Shown here one piece after another: positions 40,538 through 48,274 of a DNA stretch of 48,274 nt (within the stretch, counting starts at the first letter, position 1; the number at the start of each line of letters is the position of its first letter). The position numbers and the translations under genes are program-made. Origin of the DNA: Parvularia atlantis (Eukaryota); NCBI GenBank assembly GCA_943704415.1, contig CALSCO010000683.1, positions 1-48,274 on the forward strand. Reading direction: 5' to 3'. A model generated the notes under the pieces. That model did not search any database. It had not been told where the DNA came from and saw only the letters and a list, made by a program, of their open reading frames with translations.

Positions 40538-43500
40538 TCACGCCCCGCTGCCGCCCCCGGTGCCGCGCGGCGGCCGGTACATCTTGGGCAGGGAGAGCGT
40601 CTGGAGGTAGTTGAACGCTGTGTGCACAAGCGACACGGCTCAGCGGCCGGGCGAGCGTGCATGCGGCGGCCCCACACACACCGTAGCGTGCCGTGCCCGT
40701 GTTCTTCTTCACGTTCTGCAGGCGCACTCCCTGGCTGCGCATGGCGTCGCGCAGCGTGTCCTGCAGGTCGGGGCTGAGCTTGTGCGAGAAGCGCAGGAGC
40801 AGGATCTGCCGCGCGCGCCCGGGGCGTGAGCGTGGACCGCCGTGCGCAGCCAGCGGCCACACCTGCTCCAGCGTGATCGCCATGGACGTGCGGTCTTTCG
40901 CGCTCTTGCAGCTCGTCAGGCGTCCGCCGTTGAGCCTGCCGCGTCGTCAGCGTCAGGCCGAGATGCAGCGCGCGGGCAAGAGACGTACAGCCGGGTCAAG
41001 CGCTCAGCCAGCGTGAGCATTTCCGTGTTTTTGATGCGCTTCGAGTTGCTGATGGCCGTCTGCAGCTCCTTGGTCGTGTCCTCGAGCTGCTTTGTGCGCA
41101 GCTCCACAAACTTGCTCGTCAGCAGGCCCGTCTCGCGCAGCCACGAGCGGAAGCTTCGTCTTGCGGTGAGAGGCGCGCGGGGGGCGCCGCGGCGCATGCT
41201 CGCGCGCACTTTTTGATGTAGAGCCGCAGCAGCGCGAACGACTGCGTGTTGATCAGGTCCTGCAGCGTCGTGTCGCCGACCGCGTTGGCCACCGTCTGCA
41301 TCTCGTTGATGCCCTGTGTGAAGATGACCGGGTAGACGTCGATCAGCTTGCTCTGCGGAGGTGCAGATGAGCATGACACGTCACGGCCGCGACCAGCGCG
41401 CACCGCCTGCAACTCCTCCGGCAGCAGGTCAAAGGCCGCCTGCGGCAGGAACACGACGATCACGAGCGCGTCGGGCGTGCCTTGGAAGTCGAAGAAGCTC
41501 TGGGACGGCCTGGACGTGCCGGCCGGGAGCACTGTGCGCGCGCGATGAGACGCCGCCCGCCGTCCCGCGGAGTACCGCACCGGTCTGTTCGAGCGCGAGG
41601 CGGATGCGCACGGTCGAGAGCTCGCGCACGGCGACGTACATGTCCTCGAGCATCCCGTTCTCGTCGCCCTGCGTGCTCAGCAGGCTAGCGGGCGAGCGGA
41701 CGCGTCATACACGGCCGCGCGGCTGCATCCGGTGGCTGCATCGCACCTCTCAAAGTGCGCAAGGTAGCCCGTGCGGCTCAGCTGCTCCAGGTACGGCTGA
41801 TCCGTGATGCGGTTGCTCAGGTTTGAGGCGAAGATGCTCACCTGCAGGGCGCACGCGCGCGCGCGCGTGAGGACGCTGTGCGTGGGCGCGGGGGCACGAA
41901 CCAGTGCCGTCAGCGCCTGCGAATGTACGGCCGCGAGGCGCATGCGCAGCGACAGGTGCGACAGCGAGCACGCGTCCTCCTTGACAAACTGGCGCGGCGC
42001 CGGTCGTGTGAGCGCGCCCTCGCGCCCGCAGCCGGCCGCGCACATTTGCGTTGAGCTCGGTCTGCACCAGCAGCGCCAGACGCTCAAAGTTGCGCACGAG
42101 CGCGTCCAGCGACGTGATGAACGACTCGTGCGTGGCCGTGCCGAGCGTGCCGTCGGCCACGTTCTGCACTGCGCTGTAAAACGTCGGCCAGGACGTCTTG
42201 GACACGCGCCCGGCGATCGACAGGGCCTCCTCGGAGATGTTTTCGATGCGCTGCGCCTGCCTGGACCGCGGAGCCGCAGAAAAGGGCAGAGTTCAGCCAC
42301 GTACGCGCGCGCAGCTGCAATGCGCACGCGAGGATGTGGTGCACGGCGATGTACATCTGCGAGCGCGCACGATCGAGCGCCGCGAGCCGTGCGGCCTTGT
42401 CATCCGTCTTGGCGGCCGCGCGGATATCTATGTTTGCGGCGCCGTTCAGGGCCGCCAAAGGGGACACCGGCGCGCGCACCGTCCACGAGGCTGCCGAACG
42501 TCACGACGGCCTCCACGGCCGCGAGCCGCTGCGACCGGTACGAGTTGTGCGAGCGCGGGAGCACGGAGCGCGGTGCCGGCGGCTCCTCTGCAGAGGGGCG
42601 ACGGCTCAGGAGGCAGGCATGGGAAGCAGGACGCACGATACTCACCGGACGCGAGCGACGTCGCCGACAAGCTGCTGCTGGCGTTGGTGCCGAAGAAGAG
42701 GCTCGGCATGGTGGCCGCCTGCGGCTGGCCGGTCGACGAGCTCGTGTCGCGCATGAAGCCTTCGCGCATGTCGGCCGTGAGCGCGACGAGCGACCGAACG
42801 ACGTGCGACGCACCGGCCATGCGCGTGCTCATGCTCTTGAGCGCGCTGTACATCGACGACGAGCGCTGCTCCTTGACCGCGGGCTCGGCTCCGCCGGCCG
42901 AGAGCTTGGCGTCATCGTCGGTAACGTCGCGGCTGGCCTGCGCCTCGAGTAGCGAGCGTAGACCGCCCTTCTTGAAGCCGTAGCCGTGCGCGCAGGCGGC
43001 GCCAAAGGTGACGCAGTCGTACACAAAGTCTGCGATTGTGACGCGACTACATGAAACGACCGCACGCGGCCGCGCGGCCACCGGCTGGCGCACTGCCGTT
43101 CTGCTGGCCGTCGCTCACGATCAGGTTCTGGATGTGGCAGTTGAGCGCGATGAACTGCATGTCCTCGCCCTTCTTGGACGTGGACGGCCGGAAGCTCTTG
43201 CCCGTGTACGCCTCGAGGTTGCTGCAGCAGGAGAGCTGTCAGCGCGCCCACCAGCCCCACGTGGCCGTGCGCACGCTAGCGCGTTCTTGAAGTTGCTGAG
43301 GAGGCGGCAGTGCAGCTCGATCTGGCGCTTGCGCACGCTGTCGAGGCCGCTCGGAAGGTGGTCCGGCACGCTGTGCCGCCCTGGTGTCAGCCGGTGCGCG
43401 CCTGCGCGCAGAGGACGCCACCTGTCGAGGTCGCGGATGAGCGTCTCCTCCTCGGCGCGAAGGAAGCGCAGGTAGTGGATCGGCACAATGAACGTCCACG

Positions 43501-45538
43501 GGCTCTCGAAGATGGTCTACACGCGCTGTCAGACGGGACGCAGACACGGACGCGCGCACAGCGCCGTCGCACCTCGCGCACGCGTAGCGCCCGGCCGGTC
43601 TCGGTCGTGACGCGGTACGTTTGCTGCTGGTACTCGAAGCGCACGCGCGTAATAGGGCACACGGTGAACGCGCCTAGCGTGCGGTTGTCCTCGCCCTCGA
43701 CCGGCTGGCGGCGCGCATCAGCCGCGCGCAGAGGCGAAGGCCGCACGCGCCGCACGCACGTCCATCGGCTTGAGAACGATGTGGCCGGCCGGGTCGGTGC
43801 CTTCGGCCGCGCGTCCGTCGCTCTGGAGCTGGAGTGGCGGCCGCGCCCCGGACGCTACCGTGCGCCGCCACGTGTGAACGCACGCCACAGTGCGCATGCG
43901 CGCAGTGTTTTACTCTTGATCTGCATGATCTCGCTCGACGTGATCAGGCCCTCGCCCCACAGGCGCACCTTGTCGTTCTCGACGTCGTCGATCCGCAGCA
44001 GCGCGATCTTGAACTGCTGCATCTGGTTGATGTTGTGCAGCTGCACCGACACGACAAAGTCGACGCTGAAGATTTGCTGCGGCGTGCATGAGCACCACAT
44101 GCTTGTGCGCGCGCGCACACTCGCACCCGTTGCTGCGTCTTCTCGGTCGCGGTGGCCACTTCCGTCCGTCCGACGGTGACCCAGTCGCGCACGACCGAGT
44201 CGAAGCGCGTGACGAGGATCTTGCCACGCCGCGTGAGAGGCGTAGCGAGCGGGGGCAGGGCTTGGCAAACCTGGAAGTCAAACACGTCGTACGCGTCCTT
44301 CTGCTCGGCCGAGCGCGTGACCGTGGCGCTGAACGCGACGTCGATCGTACTGCGTGGCGTCGGGCGGTGTCAGCCGCGTGCCGGCGATCCGCTGGCGCCG
44401 ACCTCCCCGGCTCGATGTCGTCGCGCACAAACGACGCAAAGACGGGCGCGGTCACGGGCGTGCTGATGGCAGCCGTGGGCGGCGGTACGGACGGCGCCTG
44501 CTGCGTTTACGCACGTCAGGAGCAAACCAGCGAGGCGCACAGGGCAGCGCAACGCACGCCGGGCTTGATAAGCGATTTGAGCAGGCCGCCGACGCCGCTG
44601 GGGCTCTGCTGCGGCAGCTGCATCTGCGTGCACGCGCGCTGTCAGCGTGCACGTGCCACGCCGGGGATGGCGGCAGTGCGGCGCACGTCGGTGCCGTCGT
44701 CGTCGTCCCCCGGCGCCTCCAGCCCCTGCGCGTCGCTGCTGTTTCGGCCAAACGTCTGCGCATCGTCCGCGTCGCTGTCGCCCGCCGCGTCCTCCTCCTC
44801 GTCCGAGATCATCTGCCGCAGCGGGCTGTGCGACTGCGCGGGCGCACGGCGTCGGTAATCAGCGAGGCAGCCAGGCGGCGGGCGCACGGCCGAGGGCGAC
44901 AAGGTCGGCACGTCGACCTCGCGGTCGCCGGCGTCCATGCTCGACTTTGACGAGTCTGTCGCATCGGCCTCCCCGGCCGCGCCGCCGCCGAGCAGGCGCT
45001 TGAGGCGTTCGACCTCGGCGCGCAGCTGCCGCACGGTCTCGCGCACGCGCACGTAGGACGCGTTCTGGAGCGCGGCGGCCCACGCGAGCATGTCCTCGCT
45101 GCGCACGCGCGTGCGCACCGTGAGCACACTGGCCCTGTGCGGACGTGCGAGGGCACACCGGTCGCGGGCGAGCAGCAGGTACGAGCGCGAGGCCGGCGTG
45201 CCGAAGGTGATCGAGAGACCAAACTCGACCACCTCGTCGCGCGCCTCGCTCACGCTGCAGTTCTCGAGCAGGATGAACCCGATCGGGTCCTGGTCGCTCT
45301 TGGACTGGAAGTAGAACAGGACGTTGCCTGCGCGGTCGCGTGCGCGCGCAGAGTGGGGGTGGGACGGCGCCGCGCTTGAGTCTCACGAGCGCGCGCTCTG
45401 TTTGGACGCACCTTTGAGCACGAACCAGCGCTGCTTGAACGACGGGTTCGTCTCGCCCTTCTTCTGCAGATAGCCCTCGCGGTCGCGGCCACGCGGCGAG
45501 CGCGCAAAGTACGCGACGTCGCGCTCGTTGTAGCGCAT
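40538..45538 (-). CDS. Inositol polyphosphate 4-phosphatase (INPP4) with N-terminal PH + coiled coil and a C2-like region
   Basis: Catalytic CX5R motif LTSCKSAKDRTSMAITLEQ, FTQGINEMQT and MRSQGVRLQNVKKN; N-terminal PH domain (EGYLQKKG...KQRWFVLKGNVLFYF). Confidence 0.92.
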
Positions 45539-45654
45539 CGCGTCGGCAGGCACGGGAGGAAGCGACTCGGACGCGCGTCGGGAGAACCGGGATCTCTTTG
45601 GAATTTTGCCTGGCTAGGTCTGCGTCGCAGCCGACGTGGCCGCGTGTGTCACCA

Positions 45655-46967
45655 ATGCGGGACGTCGCCGACTTCCTCGCCTCGCTCGGGCTGGGCCAGT
45701 ACGAGAAGGCGTTCGCGGACGAGGGCTTTGACAGCGTCGCGGCCCTGCTGACGATCACCGAGAGCGACCTGGCGGCGATGGGCGTCAAGCTTGGTCACCG
45801 CCGGCTGATGATGCGCGCCATCGCGACGCTCGCGAGCAATCCGGCGGCGCGGCGGGGCGGCGGTGCGCTGTGCGCGGCTGCGGGGTGTGCGGGCGCGCTG
45901 GCTGATACAGCGGCGCCCGGTGTGTGTGCAGATGCCGTCTGCACGCCCGCGGGCACGCTCGAGGGCGGCGTGTTTGGCGCGCCGTTCGCGGTCGACGCGT
46001 CGCTGCTGGCGTCGGCGATGCACGGCCCGAGCGGGCTGATGGGCGCGCACATGTGGCAGGTGCACGCGCCCGGGCAAGTACCCGCACCTGCGCCCGCGCC
46101 CGCTCAAGCGCCCGCTCAAGCGCCCGCGCCCGCCCAAGCGCCCGCCGTTACGCCGAGCGGGCCCGCAACATTCGTGTTCTCGGTGTCGCCGCAGCACCGC
46201 GAGATGCAGATCACGCCGCTGCCGGTCGCGATCGAGGGTGGCGTCATTTCGGGCGGGGTCGAGGCGAGCATCCGCATGAAGCGGCGGTACCGGCGGCGGC
46301 CCAAGCGCGACGAGAACGCGCCCGAGCGGCCACCGTCGGCGTACTTTATGTTTGCGAGCCGCATGCGCGAGGAGCTCAAGCAGGCCAAGCCGGAGCTGCC
46401 GTTCACGGAGATGGCGCGGAACATCGGGCAGCGGTGGCGCGCGCTCAGCCCGGAGGAGCGCGCCGAGTACGTGCAAGCGGCCAACCGGGCACACGCCGAC
46501 TACACGGAGCAGCTCAACCGGTACCGCCAGTCGGACCTGTACCGGGTGCGCGCGCACTGTCCGCACATCCGCGTGCCTGGGCTGATCGATTGCGCCAGAG
46601 CTACCAGCAGTACATGCTCCAGTTCCGCGAGGCCGAGGCCGCCGCGGGGCGCGCCACGAAGCCCAAGCGGCAAGCGCGGAACCGCATCTCGTTCGTGTCG
46701 ATGGGGCCCGCGTCGCCCGGCCGCGCGCAGTCCCAGTCGCCGCCGCCCGAGCCGCCTTCGTCGTCGTCCGAGCTGGACGAGCCCGACAGCGTGCGCACGG
46801 CGGCCGCGCTCGCGCCGCGCGCGCGCTGACGACCGCGCCACCGGCAGGCCGGCACGCCGATCGCCGCGCGCAAGGCCGTCCAGGCGCACCACGTCCAGCA
46901 CCACGTCCAGCACCACGTCCAGCACCACGTCCTCTGGCTCGACGAGACCATCAGTGGGCGACGATAG
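45655..46967 (+). CDS. SAM domain + HMG-box protein
   Basis: [23 protein letters not shown]...MGVKLGHRR (SAM); [25 protein letters not shown]...IGQRWRALS (HMG). The stop is 46967 if the last intron is spliced, otherwise 46829. Confidence 0.88.
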
Positions 46968-47000
46968 CAATTTGCGTGTGTATATACCTCGTCACACAAC

Positions 47001-48131
47001 ATGTCGCGGTCGCGCTCGACGAGCGCGTCGTCGGCCAAGTCGGGCGGCGGAGGCGGCGCGGGCGAGGCGTCATCGTCGCGACGGGCGCGGGCACCGTCGA
47101 CGGAGCGGCCGCGGCGCAACAGTGGCGGCGACGCGCCGTACGACTACCGTGCGTCTTGCGCCTGCGTTGCCGACGTGGCGGGGCCCGTCGATCGCTGACG
47201 CGGCGGGCGCGCTGCCTTGCGTGTGTGCGCGCGCGGCGCCGCAGTGTTCAAGACGCTCGTGATCGGCGACTCGTCCGTGGGCAAGAGCGCGCTGTCGGTG
47301 CGGTTCGCGCACCACTCGTACCACGACAACTACACAAAGTGCGCCGGACGTGCCGCGTCCGTGACGTCGTGAGCGCTGACGCACACGCGCGCGCGCCTCG
47401 CCAGCACCGTCGGCCTCGACCTGACCAAGCGCGTGGTCGACGTGAACGGGTCCAGCTGCAAGCTGCACATCTGGGCAAGCGCCCGCCGACCGCTCCGCGC
47501 GCGACGGCGCTGACCGCGCGCCGCGCGGCGCAGGACACGGCCGGGCAGGAGCGCTTCCGCACGATCGTCGCGGCCTACTACCGCGACGCGCACGGGCTGC
47601 TGCTCGTGTACGACGTGACGAGCCGGACGTCGTTCACGAACGTACGCAAGTGGCTGACCGACGTCGAGCGGCACACGGCCGAGAGCGGCCAGAACATCTG
47701 TAAGGTCCTCGTCGGCAACAAGATCGACCTCGTCAGCACGCGCCAGGTGACCACGGCCGAGGGCAAGGCCCTCGCCGACAGCCTGGTGCGCGTCGCGGCG
47801 GCCGCCTCGTGCGGGAGGCCGGTGGCTGAAGCCGGCCCGCGTCGACAGCACATCCCGTTCTTCGAGACGAGCGCCAAGGCTGACGTGAACGTCGAGACGG
47901 CGTTCATGACGCTCGCGCGCGACATCCTTCGGCGGTGCGCAGGTTTGACAAGCGAGCGCCGGCGCACGTGACACGCAACGCAGGCTGCTGGCCGAGACGG
48001 ACGCGGCGTCGCGTTCGTCGTCGAGCGGCGTCGTGGACCTGACCGCGGCCGACGACGGCGGAGGGGCCGATGGGGGCGACGGCGGGGGCGCGGCGGCCGC
48101 GGGTCCAGTGAAGCGCGCGTGCTGCGGGTGA
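47001..48131 (+). CDS. Rab GTPase (divergent Rab1/Rab8-like)
   Basis: [37 protein letters not shown] and FFETSAK; C-terminal prenylation motif CCG*. Confidence 0.93.
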
Positions 48132-48274
48132 GAGCCACGATGTGACTCACATCTGAATCGCTCGTTCACTGGGCGTTGCCGCGCGCGCGTCGGCTGTTTG
48201 CCCTCGGCCGCCCGCTGCCGCTTGCATTAGTCGCCACCGTCGCCGCGCGCCGCCGGCCCGCGCCTCACGCGCAA

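Overview
Very GC-rich, extremely compact eukaryotic genomic DNA from a unicellular protist, probably an early-branching opisthokont/amorphean (inferred from gene content, not proven). I reconstructed about 22 intron-rich protein-coding genes by hand. Introns are mostly about 45-75 nt, with GTGCG-type donors, a GCTGAC/GCTCAC branch site and CAG acceptors; gaps between coding regions are about 15-310 nt. Genes in order: IQ-DH-PH RhoGEF, fibrillarin, TACC, Wee1, cullin-1, She9/Mdm33, 7xIPT-PSI membrane protein, Slx9-like, P2C Na/K-type ATPase, PLPBP/YggS, acyl-CoA dehydrogenase, SCP2, degenerate P4H-like protein, Fcf2, ARFRP1, orphan coiled-coil, TauD dioxygenase, CWC25, a Notch-like ankyrin receptor, PH-INPP4, SAM-HMG and a Rab. 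The standout is a single-pass receptor (35301-40444). Its cytoplasmic part resembles the Notch intracellular domain: TM-KRRR, ankyrin repeats colinear with Notch, polyQ, a VWTP candidate CSL-binding motif and a PEST/acidic tail. Its ectodomain has four unrecognised Cys-containing repeats instead of EGF/LNR. Also notable are frequent GC-AG introns, a head-to-head pair of PTS1-bearing lipid genes, and start codons only 15 bp apart. Gene coordinates are ATG-to-stop spans including introns, spliced by eye. The supplied ORF track mostly consists of intron-interrupted fragments or GC-driven spurious ORFs.
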